A stretch of DNA of 64,000 nt. Source: Jatrophihabitans sp. (lineage in GTDB: Bacteria > Actinomycetota > Actinomycetes > Mycobacteriales > Jatrophihabitantaceae). The stretch lies in contig JBPCMU010000076.1 in assembly GCA_051001975.1 (NCBI GenBank), positions 4,836 to 68,835 of the forward strand, read 5' to 3'. Positions 26,745 to 36,401 of this stretch are shown here, piece after piece; position 1 is the first letter of the stretch; every line of letters begins with the position of its first letter. Under the pieces are notes generated by a model. That model worked only from the letters and a program-made list of their open reading frames with translations, ran no database searches and was not told the origin of the DNA. The position numbers and the translations under genes were made by a program.

Positions 26745-27668
26745 TCAGCGATGCGTGAGCCAGGTGAGGATGCCATTGGCGACCGACTGGGCGATCCGCT
26801 GTCGGCCGGCCGCAGTCGACTGCTTTGCCGCGTCGCCCGCGTTGCGCATGTTGCCGAGCTCCAGGAACGTCGACGGGACGGTGGCGAGATTCAGCGCGCC
26901 GAAGTCCTCGCGCGGGTAGTAGCCGTTCCGGCCGAGGTAGGTGGACGTCGTGAAGCCCGACGAGGCGAGCACCGAGTCGTGCAGATCGACGGTGAGCGAG
27001 TGCGATAACGCGGCCACCTTCGCGCCGGCCGGTGGTCGGGAATCCTCGCAGATGTGAAAGCCGTGCCCGGCGCCGCTCGCGGTGCCGTCGGCATGGATGC
27101 TGATCACGGCGGCCACGCCGGGCCGGTTACCGATCACGGCCCGGGTGGTGATGCATGGCCCGGCGCTGGTGTCGTTCGGGCGGGTCATCACGACCTTGAC
27201 GCCGTGTGCGTTCAGGATGGTCCGGATCCGCACCGAGACATCCCAGTTGAACGCGTGCTCCGGGTAGCCCGCGTTCGTGTTGGTACCGGTGGTGTCGCAG
27301 AAGTTGGTGTGCCCGTAGCCGACGTTCACCCGGTGCGACACGGCCGGGTTGTTGGCGTTGTCCGCGTTGTGGCCAGGATTGAGCACGATCGTCGTGCCGG
27401 CGATATCGGGTTGCTTCGTGGACGGGGGTGGGCTCGATCGCCGGCTGCGGCTCGATGCGGTGGAAGAGCGACTGGTCGAAGGCGTGGCGCTGGAGGATGA
27501 AGGGACGGTGCTCGACGACGAGGTCAGCGCCGGACTCGATGACTCGGAGGGCCGTCCCGGCGCCGCGCCACTGGTACACGCCGCGATGCCCAAAGTCAGG
27601 GCAATCGCGAGCGTCCAGCACCTTCCTCGCGCGCCGGTATTGCGGCCGGGGGCTCGGTGCGCTGCCAT
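26745..27668 (-). CDS. N-acetylmuramoyl-L-alanine amidase lipoprotein (Amidase_3)
   Basis: Lipobox LGIAAC, Ser/Pro-rich linker, then IVLNPGHNADN...EHAFNW...ISIHADG. Confidence 0.8.
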   Translation of the reverse strand: MAAHRAPGRNTGARGRCWTLAIALTLGIAACTSGAAPGRPSESSSPALTSSSSTVPSSSSATPSTSRSSTASSRSRRSSPPPSTKQPDIAGTTIVLNPGHNADNANNPAVSHRVNVGYGHTNFCDTTGTNTNAGYPEHAFNWDVSVRIRTILNAHGVKVVMTRPNDTSAGPCITTRAVIGNRPGVAAVISIHADGTASGAGHGFHICEDSRPPAGAKVAALSHSLTVDLHDSVLASSGFTTSTYLGRNGYYPREDFGALNLATVPSTFLELGNMRNAGDAAKQSTAAGRQRIAQSVANGILTWLTHR

Positions 27669-27799
27669 CCGCCCAGTCTCGCAGAGGTGGCACCGGTAAT
27701 CGGGATCTGCACATCCCTGAGGAGAGACGGGCGCGGCCGCGCCGGCTGGCCGATAATCGGCCTGTGGTCACCATCTCGCGGACCTGCGCAGGCTGACCG

Positions 27800-28696
27800 A
27801 TGGTCTTCATCATCGGCGTGGCCGCTGCGCTCGCCTTGGGCATTGGGTACGTGCTGCAGCAGCGCGTCGCCGCGACCGTTCCGCTGACCGAACTGCTCCG
27901 GCTCCGATTGCTGCTGCACCTGATGCACCGCCCGCTGTGGTGGTTGGGCATCGGCTGCATGGTCATCGGCGAGCTGCTCGCCGGGCTGGCCCTGCACTTC
28001 GGCACGGTGACCGTCGTCGAACCGCTGCTGTCGACGAGCCTGCTGTTCGCCCTTGCCTTCGCCGCGCTACTTGTACGTGGCCGGCTGCGGTGGCAGGAGA
28101 TCTGCGGCTCGGTGCTGCTCTCCGGCGCGCTCGGCGTCTTCATCGCGTTCAGCAACCCGCGCACGTCAGCAACCCCGGCACCGAATGACGCGGTGCTCAC
28201 CCTTGCCGTCTGCTCGGTGATCGGCGTGGTCGCAGTCCTGGTCATGCTGGGTCGCCGCAGCGGGCTGGTCCGCGAGTCGGTCCTTCTCGCCACCGGCGCG
28301 GGTCTGCTCTACGGACTACAGGACGCCTCGACGCGGGCCGCGCTGCAACTTGTCCAGCACCAAGGCATCCGGTCCGCGTTCCTCAGCCTGTGGCCATACA
28401 TCGTGATCGGAGCGGGAGTGATCGGCGTGCTGCTGTCGCAGAGCGCGTTCAAGGCGGCCCGGCTGGACTACTCGCTGCCGCCCATCGCGGCAGCCGAGCC
28501 GATCGCCGGTATCGCACTCGGCGTCAGCTTGCTCGGCGACGTGGTCTCGGTGAGCATCCCGGGCCTGGCCGTCGAGTCCGCGTGCCTGGCCGCCATGCTG
28601 GCCGGCGTCGCGCTGATCGGGCGATCGACCAACCTGGCGGCCAGTTGCCACGTCGCAGTCAGCCCTGCTCCCGCATCGCCCGCAGACCCTGCTTGA
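27800..28696 (+). CDS. DMT-superfamily membrane transporter
   Basis: 298 aa with about 9-10 hydrophobic helices. Confidence 0.6.
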   Translation: MVFIIGVAAALALGIGYVLQQRVAATVPLTELLRLRLLLHLMHRPLWWLGIGCMVIGELLAGLALHFGTVTVVEPLLSTSLLFALAFAALLVRGRLRWQEICGSVLLSGALGVFIAFSNPRTSATPAPNDAVLTLAVCSVIGVVAVLVMLGRRSGLVRESVLLATGAGLLYGLQDASTRAALQLVQHQGIRSAFLSLWPYIVIGAGVIGVLLSQSAFKAARLDYSLPPIAAAEPIAGIALGVSLLGDVVSVSIPGLAVESACLAAMLAGVALIGRSTNLAASCHVAVSPAPASPADPA

Positions 28697-29672
28697 GTGA
28701 ACCCATCGTGGCCAGCACGGCGGTCGGCTCGTACCCGCAGTGCGCCATGCAGTTGTTGCACCGCTCGTCCTTGCCGCGGCCGTACTTGTCCCAGTCGGTC
28801 GTCTCGAGGAGTTCCTTGTACGTTTTGGCGTAGCCGTCGGCCATCAGGTAGCAGGGCTTCTGCCAGCCGAGCAGCGAGTAGGACGGGATGCCCCACGCGG
28901 TGCACTGGAAGTCGGTCTTGCCTTCGAGGAAGTCGAGGAACAGCGGCGAGTGGTTCAACCGCCAGCGCTTGCGGTTGCCGCCGGCGAACGCCTTCGAGAA
29001 CAGTTCGCGGGTCTCGGTCACGCCGAGGAAGTGGTCCTGGTCGGGCGCCTTCTCGTAGGCGTAGGCCGGCGAGAGCATCATGCTGTCGACCTTGACCTCG
29101 TCGTTCAGGAAGTTCATCACGTCGATGATCGTCTGCGGGGTGTCGGTGTTGAAGAACGTCGAATTGGTGGTGACCCGGAAGCCCTTCTCCTTCAGGAACT
29201 TGATGGCTGCGACCGCCTCGTCGAAAACGCCCTCCTTGGCGACCGACTCGTCGTGGCGGGCCTGCAGCCCGTCCACGTGGATGGCGAAGGAGAAGTACGG
29301 CGACGGCATGAAGTTGAACTTGTCCCAGCGCTTGCGCACCAGCTCTGCGTTGGTGCAGAGGTAGACGTACTTCTTGCGCTTGACGAGCTCGTTCACCATC
29401 TCGTCGATCTGCGGATGCATCAACGGCTCACCGCCGGCGATCGACACCATCGGCGCACCGGATTCGAGGATCGCGTTCACCGCGCGGTCGACGGGCATCC
29501 GCTGCCGCAACAGGTCGTGCGGCTGCTGGATCTTGCCGCAGCCGTTGCATTTCAGGTTGCAGGCGAAGAGCGGTTCGAGCTCGACGATCAAAGGGAACTT
29601 CTCGACGCGGCGCACCTTCTTGGAGAACAGGTACCAACCGATACGTGCGCCTTGGCGAAGTGGGATAGCCAT
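28659..29672 (-). CDS. hpnH: adenosyl-hopene transferase, radical SAM
   Basis: True start MAIPLRQG at 29672 (TAATG overlap with the upstream stop). CNLKCNGC radical-SAM motif. The track ORF is extended by an artefactual N-terminus. Confidence 0.9.
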   Translation of the reverse strand: MAIPLRQGARIGWYLFSKKVRRVEKFPLIVELEPLFACNLKCNGCGKIQQPHDLLRQRMPVDRAVNAILESGAPMVSIAGGEPLMHPQIDEMVNELVKRKKYVYLCTNAELVRKRWDKFNFMPSPYFSFAIHVDGLQARHDESVAKEGVFDEAVAAIKFLKEKGFRVTTNSTFFNTDTPQTIIDVMNFLNDEVKVDSMMLSPAYAYEKAPDQDHFLGVTETRELFSKAFAGGNRKRWRLNHSPLFLDFLEGKTDFQCTAWGIPSYSLLGWQKPCYLMADGYAKTYKELLETTDWDKYGRGKDERCNNCMAHCGYEPTAVLATMGSLKQGLRAMREQG

Positions 29673-31189
29673 TAACCTGCAACTCCTCTGGGCAGCGTGA
29701 ACGTGATGTCTTCCTTCGCGACAACGCGTTCGTCGACATCGACGGGGCCAAGCGCACGCAGGGTGTGCAGAACCTCGTCGACGAGATGGGGCGGTGCTGA
29801 CGCGCCGGCGGTGAGACCGACGGTAGTCGTTCCGGCGAGCCACTCGGGCATGATCCCGGCAGCGTCGTCGACCAGATGGGCCGGCGTACCGTGCCGCTCG
29901 GCGACTTCGACCAACCGCAGCGAGTTGGACGAGTTCGTCGAGCCCACCACGATGACCACATCCGAGTCGGCCGCGATGGCGGCGACGGCACGTTGGCGGT
30001 TGGTGGTGGCGTAACAGATGTCGTCTGTAGCCGACGACTCGATCAACGGGAACCGCCGGCGCAGCACATCGACGGTGGACGCAGCTTCCTCCACAGCCAG
30101 CGTGGTCTGCATCAGGAAGGCGACCCGGCCCGGATCGTCCACGGCTACCCGCTCGGCATCCTCGACGGTCTCGACGAGGGTGATCTTGCCCGGCACCTCG
30201 CCAAGCGTGCCTTCGGTCTCGTCGTGATCGGCGTGGCCGATGAGGAAAACTGAGTCGCCACGACCGACGAAGCGCCGGGCCTCGGCGTGCACCTTGGCCA
30301 CCAGTGGGCAGGTCGCGTCGATCACGTTGAGATCGCGCTTGGCCGCCTCCTCGCGGACCGCCGGGGCAACGCCGTGCGCGGAAAACACGACGGTGGTGCC
30401 GTCCGGCACCTCGTCGAGTTCGTCGACGAACACCGCGCCCTGCCGCTGCAGGTCGGCCACCACGTGCGCGTTGTGCACGATCTGGCGGCGTACATAGACC
30501 GGCCGCGAGTAGCGCTGCAGCGCGGCCTCGACGATGTCGATGGCCCGGTCGACGCCGGCGCAGAACGAGCGCGGTCCGGCCAGCAGCACCTGTCGTGGCC
30601 CGGCCAGGTCGGCCCACCGACGCAGCGCCGGACCGACCCTGCGCAACGCGAGCAGCGCCTTCGCGCCGGAGGGGATGGTGGCCAGTCGGGCGACCGGGCT
30701 GTGCGGCGTGTCGACGATGATCCGGACGACGGCGATCGGCAGTGGGCGTTGCGGATGCTCGAGGGCGCGCACCAGAGCCGCAGACTCCATGTCGACGGCC
30801 AGTGCGCCCGTCGCGGCGAGCTTCTCGCGCTCAGCGGCGCCCTGCACGACGTGATCGGTGCTCACCATCGGACCGATGTGCACCCGCAGCCCCATCGCTC
30901 GCAACTCGGCCACCAACGGTTGTGCGGCTCTCAGCACGATGCGCCCATGCACGTCGCGGACCTCGCTGGCGATGAAGACGTCGCCCGGCCGCATCGAGGG
31001 GTCGAGGGCACCGGCCACCCCTGCCACTGCCACAGCGTCCGGGCTCAGCTCGGACAATTGCGGCAACCACCGCTGCACCCGCTCCGGACCCATGCCGCAG
31101 CGCAGCACGATGGCGCCGGGTACCCGCCTGCGCAACGCCGCGTACTCGCTGCGCAGGGCCGTTATTACCACTAGGCCATCGGTCATCAC
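29672..31189 (-). CDS. hpnG/ispH: fusion of HpnG-like nucleosidase/phosphorylase and IspH (HMBPP reductase)
   Basis: Residues about 1-195 are PNP_UDP-like (VAVAGVAGAL...VDMESAA). From about residue 200 the sequence is VLLAGPRSFCAGVDRAIDIVE...TCPLVAKVH...SSNS, typical of IspH. No stop between the two parts. Confidence 0.8.
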   Translation of the reverse strand: MMTDGLVVITALRSEYAALRRRVPGAIVLRCGMGPERVQRWLPQLSELSPDAVAVAGVAGALDPSMRPGDVFIASEVRDVHGRIVLRAAQPLVAELRAMGLRVHIGPMVSTDHVVQGAAEREKLAATGALAVDMESAALVRALEHPQRPLPIAVVRIIVDTPHSPVARLATIPSGAKALLALRRVGPALRRWADLAGPRQVLLAGPRSFCAGVDRAIDIVEAALQRYSRPVYVRRQIVHNAHVVADLQRQGAVFVDELDEVPDGTTVVFSAHGVAPAVREEAAKRDLNVIDATCPLVAKVHAEARRFVGRGDSVFLIGHADHDETEGTLGEVPGKITLVETVEDAERVAVDDPGRVAFLMQTTLAVEEAASTVDVLRRRFPLIESSATDDICYATTNRQRAVAAIAADSDVVIVVGSTNSSNSLRLVEVAERHGTPAHLVDDAAGIMPEWLAGTTTVGLTAGASAPPHLVDEVLHTLRALGPVDVDERVVAKEDITFTLPRGVAG

Positions 31190-33102
31190 ACCAACTTCCC
31201 TTCACTTGCCGATAGGAACCGGCCCAACGCGCTGAGCGGGAACACCAGGCGGTACAGCTCGTAGTTGATGTAGAAGTCGCCTGGAAATCCCGTTCCCGTG
31301 TAAAGATCCTCGTCCCATCCCCCGTCCGAGTTCTGATTCTCGACCAACCATCCGACGCCCCGGCGGACGGCCCTCGTGGTCGGGTCCAATGCGAGCAGGG
31401 CGAGCAGCGCCCATGCCGTCTGCGAGGCGGTGGAGGTGCCACGGCCGCGCCAGCTGTCGTCGGTGTAGGAACGCAGATCCTCGCCCCAGCCGCCGTCGTC
31501 GTTCTGCACCCTCTCCAGCCAGCCAGCGGCCCGGCGCAGCGCAGCGCAATCGACCGCAACACCCGCAGCCACCAGGGCCGGGACGGCCGCTCCAGTTCCG
31601 TAGATGTAGTTGGCCCCCCAGCGGCCGAACCAGGAGCCATCGGTCTCCTGGGCATCGAGCAGCCAGCGAACTCCGGTCCGGGTCACCTCGTCGTCGGCCA
31701 GCCCGGCGTGACCGAGCATCTCGACCACATGCGCCGTCACGTCCGCGGAGGGCGGGTCGATCACCGCGCCAAAATCGCAGAACGGCAGCTTCTCGACCAG
31801 CCGCCGGGTGTTGTCCGCGTCGAAGGCCCCCCACCCGCCGTCCTTCGACCGCATCCCTACGGTCCAGTCGATACCGCGCCGCACCGCTGCGTCCACGCCG
31901 GGGACGATGAGGTCAGCGACGCGACGCAGGGCAAGAACCACCTCGGCGGTGTCGTCGATGTCGGGGTAGCCCTTGTTCGCGAACTCGAACGCCCAGCCAC
32001 CGGGCGCCAGGTCGGGTCGCCGCACCGCCCAGTCGCCGGAGACTCGGATCTCCTCACCGAGCAGCCATTGGGTCACCCGGACGACCGCCGGGTGCTCCGG
32101 TGCGCACCCGGCATCGAGCAGGGCGGTGAGGGCGAGGCAGGCGTCCCACACCGGGGACTGGCACGCCTCCAGCCGGCGCACCGGGCCGGAGTCAGACTGC
32201 TCGCGGACCAGGAACCCTTCCAACCCGTTGACGGCGGCCGTAATCACGGGGTGATCCAGCGGGTAGCCGAGCAGGTGCAGCGCGAGAATCGAATAGACCC
32301 ACGGTGGCTGGATGCCGCCCCAGCCGCCGTCGGCCTCCTGTCGGGCGATGATCCACTCCGCGGCCCGGCGCATCGCGAGCTTCCGGCCCGGCTTCAGCGG
32401 TGATCGGGCGTACACGTTCAGCACCTTGTCGAGCAGGCCGAACGCGGCACCGATCAACCCCCTGCGCCGGACCGCGGTGGGCTCGCCGGTCCGCAGTTCG
32501 CAGAGGCTGAACGGTAGCGGTCGGACCGGCCGCAGGGTGGCCACCACAGTGATCGGGACGATGGTCTGCCGTGCCCAGCAGGCCCAGTCGTAGAGGTTCA
32601 GGGGAACCCATTTAGGCAGCAGCACCATCTCCGGCGGCATCGCCGGAAGTTCGTCCCAGGACCATTCCCCGAACAGGGCCAGCCAGATCCGGGTGAAGAC
32701 CCGGCTCCGCTCGATACCACCGTTGGCCAGCACGAATTCGCGCGCGTCGCGCATGTGCGGCTTGTCGCCGTCGTCACCGGCCAGCCGCAGCGCGGTGTAC
32801 GCCTCGATCGTGGTGGACAGGTCGCCCGGCCCACCCTCGAACGTCGCCCAGGTGCCGTCCTCGCGCTGTTGCGAGCGGATCCAGCGTGCAGCGGGTTCGA
32901 GGTCGTCTGAGCGCAGGATGCCGAGGAATTGCCGCAGCAGCAGGTCTTCGGCATCCATCGTCACGTTGGTGCGCAGTTCGCCCTTCCACCAGCCGGCCGG
33001 CGCCTGCCGGGACAGCAAGTGGTCGCGGGCTCGCTGCGTCGTCGCCTGTACTGCGGCCAGGGACGCCAGCCGGCTCGTCACCATCTCGTCGGTTCCGCTC
33101 AC
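31186..33102 (-). CDS. shc: squalene-hopene cyclase
   Basis: 638 aa with repeated QW motifs (DGGWG) and DIDDTA. Confidence 0.95.
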   Translation of the reverse strand: MSGTDEMVTSRLASLAAVQATTQRARDHLLSRQAPAGWWKGELRTNVTMDAEDLLLRQFLGILRSDDLEPAARWIRSQQREDGTWATFEGGPGDLSTTIEAYTALRLAGDDGDKPHMRDAREFVLANGGIERSRVFTRIWLALFGEWSWDELPAMPPEMVLLPKWVPLNLYDWACWARQTIVPITVVATLRPVRPLPFSLCELRTGEPTAVRRRGLIGAAFGLLDKVLNVYARSPLKPGRKLAMRRAAEWIIARQEADGGWGGIQPPWVYSILALHLLGYPLDHPVITAAVNGLEGFLVREQSDSGPVRRLEACQSPVWDACLALTALLDAGCAPEHPAVVRVTQWLLGEEIRVSGDWAVRRPDLAPGGWAFEFANKGYPDIDDTAEVVLALRRVADLIVPGVDAAVRRGIDWTVGMRSKDGGWGAFDADNTRRLVEKLPFCDFGAVIDPPSADVTAHVVEMLGHAGLADDEVTRTGVRWLLDAQETDGSWFGRWGANYIYGTGAAVPALVAAGVAVDCAALRRAAGWLERVQNDDGGWGEDLRSYTDDSWRGRGTSTASQTAWALLALLALDPTTRAVRRGVGWLVENQNSDGGWDEDLYTGTGFPGDFYINYELYRLVFPLSALGRFLSASEGKLV

Positions 33103-34157
33103 CGGTCCCGCCCCACGATGAAGTCGGCCAGTTCCCGCAGGTCAGCGACCGCGTCCTGGTTCGGCAGTTCGAGCTCGTCGAGTTGTCGGTGCGCCAGGTC
33201 GAGTCGGCGATCTGCCTCGGTCATCGCCCAGTCCAGTCCGCCGGCCTCGCCGATCAGCTTGGTCGCCAGCGAGACCTCTTCCTCGGTCTCCGGTGGCCCG
33301 CCGGCGAAGAGCTCGGCCAACCGGCGGGAGGCGTCGGTACCCGCGGTCAACGCGGCGACGATGGTGGCGCTGCGCTTGCCAGCTCGGACATCAGAGGACG
33401 AGGACTTACCGGTGGCGACCGGGTCACCGACGACGCCGAGTACGTCATCGACCAGCTGGAAGGCGATACCGAGCTCGCGGCCGAAGGTGGCCAACCCGTC
33501 GACGTACCGCTTCGGTGCGCCCGCCGCGATCGCGCCGATCTTGGTGGAGCAGGACAGCAGCGCGGCCGTCTTGCCGATCTCCATCTGCAGAACCTCGTCG
33601 AGGCCGACGTTCTCGCGACCTTCCAGATCCAGGTCCTGGGACTGCCCGCTGATCAGCTCCTGAGTGGCGGCGAGCAGGCACGGCAGGCTGCGCAGCCCCG
33701 GCTCCCCGGCCCGCACCAACGTCTCGATCGCCGCGGTGAGCATCGCGTTGCCGGCCAGGATCGCCTGGCCCTCGCCGTAGACGACCCAGCCGGTGGCGCG
33801 GTGGCGGCGTTCCACGTCGCGGTCCATCACGTCGTCGTGGAGCAGGGAGAAGTTGTGCACCAGTTCGACGGCCGCCGCGGCAGGCGCCGCCACCTCACCC
33901 TTGCCGGCCGCGGCCGCCGCGGCCAGCACAGTCAGCGCGGGTCGGATCGACTTCCCACCGCTCGCGGTGGGACTGCCTTGCGCGTCCACCCAGCCCATCT
34001 GGTAGCCGGCGATCCGTCGCATCCGCTCGTCGTCGATGTACTCGACGGCAGCGTGGATGGCCGGGCCGACCAGATTTCGGGCACTGTCGAGGATCTCCGG
34101 CACTCGGCTCGGCGACCCAGCCGGTGCTCGGCCGGTGGACATTCTCGACTCACTCAT
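33099..34157 (-). CDS. polyprenyl diphosphate synthase (FPP/GGPP synthase type)
   Basis: LLHDDVMD and FQLVDDVLG aspartate-rich motifs. Confidence 0.9.
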   Translation of the reverse strand: MSESRMSTGRAPAGSPSRVPEILDSARNLVGPAIHAAVEYIDDERMRRIAGYQMGWVDAQGSPTASGGKSIRPALTVLAAAAAAGKGEVAAPAAAAVELVHNFSLLHDDVMDRDVERRHRATGWVVYGEGQAILAGNAMLTAAIETLVRAGEPGLRSLPCLLAATQELISGQSQDLDLEGRENVGLDEVLQMEIGKTAALLSCSTKIGAIAAGAPKRYVDGLATFGRELGIAFQLVDDVLGVVGDPVATGKSSSSDVRAGKRSATIVAALTAGTDASRRLAELFAGGPPETEEEVSLATKLIGEAGGLDWAMTEADRRLDLAHRQLDELELPNQDAVADLRELADFIVGRDR

Positions 34158-35518
34158 GCGGCAAACCCCAGGACGGCGTGTGCGGGCAGATCCAGCGCGG
34201 CCTCAGCGGCGATGATGCCGCTGCGGACAGCTCCCTCCATGGTGTCCGGCCAGCCGGTGTCGGTCCAGGACCCGGCCAGCCAGACACCGTCGAACCCGGA
34301 GCTGGTGGTGGGGCGCAACGCCGAACTCCCCGCGGCTTGCCGGAAGGTGGCTCGACGCTCGCGCGTTACGAACGTGTCGATCACCTCAGCACTCTGGGCG
34401 GCGGGGAGGAGTCGGGCGAGTTCCTCGAGGAATTGCTGGGTCAACATCCGAGTGGGCTGGTCTATTTCATCCTTCGCGGCCGACACCGTCACCGCCAGGT
34501 ACTGACCGGCGGGGTGCGCCGCGCTCAGACCTGAAGTGTCTGTGCGGTCGAAGAACCACTGCACCGGCGAGTTCACCCCGGCGGCGAACGGCAGATCGGT
34601 GACGCGGCGGTCGTAGACGACATGCACGTTGACGATCGGAGTGGCTCCGAGCCCGGCGGCTTGAGCGGCCAGCGAGGTGGCCAGTGCCGGCGCAGCGGCG
34701 AACGCCTCGCGGTGCGGCGTCGCCAGCACAACGGTGTTGCTGGTCCACGCCCGACTCCCGGTGGCGCCGGTCGCCCGCACGATGCCGCCCGGCTCGACCG
34801 AATCGACCCGATGCCCGAGAAGCACCTCCACCCCGGCCGATGCGAGCGCCCGCAGCGGCTTCGTCGAGTGCAGCTCGCCCAGCGGTGCTCGGGCGTAGCC
34901 GACGTCGCCGGCGGGTGCGTGATCCAGCAGTCCGGTACGGAACACCTTCGCGGCCAACCTCAGCGACGCTTCGTCCGGGTCCAGGTTCAACGTCGCAGTG
35001 GCCACGATGCCCCACAGCGCAGCGATGGTGGCGTCGTTCTGACCGTGCGCGCGCAGGAAGCCACCGAGGGTCTGCGCATCCAGCCGTGGGTTGGCCGGGT
35101 CCAACCGCTTCAGGGCCAGCGCACCGCGTACCGCACGCAGCCGGTCCATCGGGCTGAGCAGTCCGTACCCGGCCAAAGCGCCGCCGAGGTGCGCCGGCGC
35201 CGGCACGCCCGGCAGCCGTCTCAACCGCGCGCTCCGGCCATCGGCGCGCAGCACCGGGATGTCCAACCGCTGCTGCATCGTCACGTCGCCCTGGGCGCCG
35301 ACCCGTCGCAACAGCCACTGATAGGCCTCGCAGCAGCGGAGGAACACGTGCTGCCCGTTGTCGATCGACAGGTCGCCACGGCGGAAGGAGAACGCCGCGC
35401 CACCGAGTCGGTTGCGACCTTCTAGCAGTAGGACCGAACGGCCGTTGTCGGCCAGCCGCAGGGCGGCGGCGATCCCGGCGAGGCCACCGCCGACGACGAC
35501 CGCAGGCGAGTCAGCCAC
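34154..35518 (-). CDS. hpnE: hydroxysqualene dehydroxylase (FAD amine-oxidase family)
   Basis: VVVGGGLAGIAAAL dinucleotide-binding motif. Probable GTG start at 35518 overlapping the hpnD stop (the ORF is open up to 35554). Confidence 0.85.
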   Translation of the reverse strand: MADSPAVVVGGGLAGIAAALRLADNGRSVLLLEGRNRLGGAAFSFRRGDLSIDNGQHVFLRCCEAYQWLLRRVGAQGDVTMQQRLDIPVLRADGRSARLRRLPGVPAPAHLGGALAGYGLLSPMDRLRAVRGALALKRLDPANPRLDAQTLGGFLRAHGQNDATIAALWGIVATATLNLDPDEASLRLAAKVFRTGLLDHAPAGDVGYARAPLGELHSTKPLRALASAGVEVLLGHRVDSVEPGGIVRATGATGSRAWTSNTVVLATPHREAFAAAPALATSLAAQAAGLGATPIVNVHVVYDRRVTDLPFAAGVNSPVQWFFDRTDTSGLSAAHPAGQYLAVTVSAAKDEIDQPTRMLTQQFLEELARLLPAAQSAEVIDTFVTRERRATFRQAAGSSALRPTTSSGFDGVWLAGSWTDTGWPDTMEGAVRSGIIAAEAALDLPAHAVLGFAA

Positions 35519-36401
35519 GGCGGCCACCCGGACGGGTGAGCGCCCGCGCCGCAACCTGCAGCTTGTCCTTCGTCGGCAGCGACATGCGCCCGCGCATCAT
35601 CTGGGCCGGGTCTTCCGCGATGCGCTGCAACAATTCGCGGTAGATGCCGGCCATCGCCGCGCAGCAGGCAGCACTTCGCCGGTCCAGCAGCGGGAGCAAT
35701 TGCAGCCCGCGGTCGTACCAGCCCCAGGCCCGGGCCGCTTCGAACCGGACGACTTCGGCGAGCGCACCGCCGTGCGGATCGAGGGTCCCGTCCGGTAGCA
35801 GCGTGAGCTCGCAGCCGAACAGGTCGAGATCCTGCTTGGGCAGGTAGGTCCGGCCGTTGCCCAGGTCCTCCCGGACGTCGCGCAGGATATTCGTGAGCTG
35901 CAGCGCGACGCCGAGCGCGTCCGCCCATTCGGATGCCTGCCCCAATTCGGCGGAGGTCAGCGGCGGGTCGAACACGCCGAGGGAGAGCCGGCCGATCGAC
36001 CCGGCGACGCAACGGCAGTAGGTGATCAGGTCGTCCAGCGTGTCGTAGGTGCTGCCGCGGACGTCCATCTCGCAGCCGTCGACCAGCTCACCGAAGGCCG
36101 GCAGCGGGATGGGCAACCGATGAGCCGCGTCGTCGAGCGCGACGTAGACCGGATCGTCCGGGTGATCGGCCGGTGCGGTGGCGCCCTGCCGGGCCTGAGC
36201 CAGCAGGCGCACCTTCTGGTCCACCGGGAGAGCGCCGTCACCGATGTCGTCGATGCGGCGGGCCACGGCATAGACCGCCGACAGCGCTGTTCGCTTCGCC
36301 GCAGGGAGCAACCGGATGCCCCAGGAGAAGTTGCGCGCTTCCTGCCGGGTGATCCGTTCGCACTCCTGATAGGCAGCAGCGATCCTCGCCGCGTCTGTCA
36401 C
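35511..36401 (-). CDS. hpnD: presqualene diphosphate synthase
   Basis: GTG start at 36401 (GTGA overlap). SQS/PSY motifs YAVARRIDDIGD and NILRDVRED. Confidence 0.85.
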   Translation of the reverse strand: MTDAARIAAAYQECERITRQEARNFSWGIRLLPAAKRTALSAVYAVARRIDDIGDGALPVDQKVRLLAQARQGATAPADHPDDPVYVALDDAAHRLPIPLPAFGELVDGCEMDVRGSTYDTLDDLITYCRCVAGSIGRLSLGVFDPPLTSAELGQASEWADALGVALQLTNILRDVREDLGNGRTYLPKQDLDLFGCELTLLPDGTLDPHGGALAEVVRFEAARAWGWYDRGLQLLPLLDRRSAACCAAMAGIYRELLQRIAEDPAQMMRGRMSLPTKDKLQVAARALTRPGGRRG

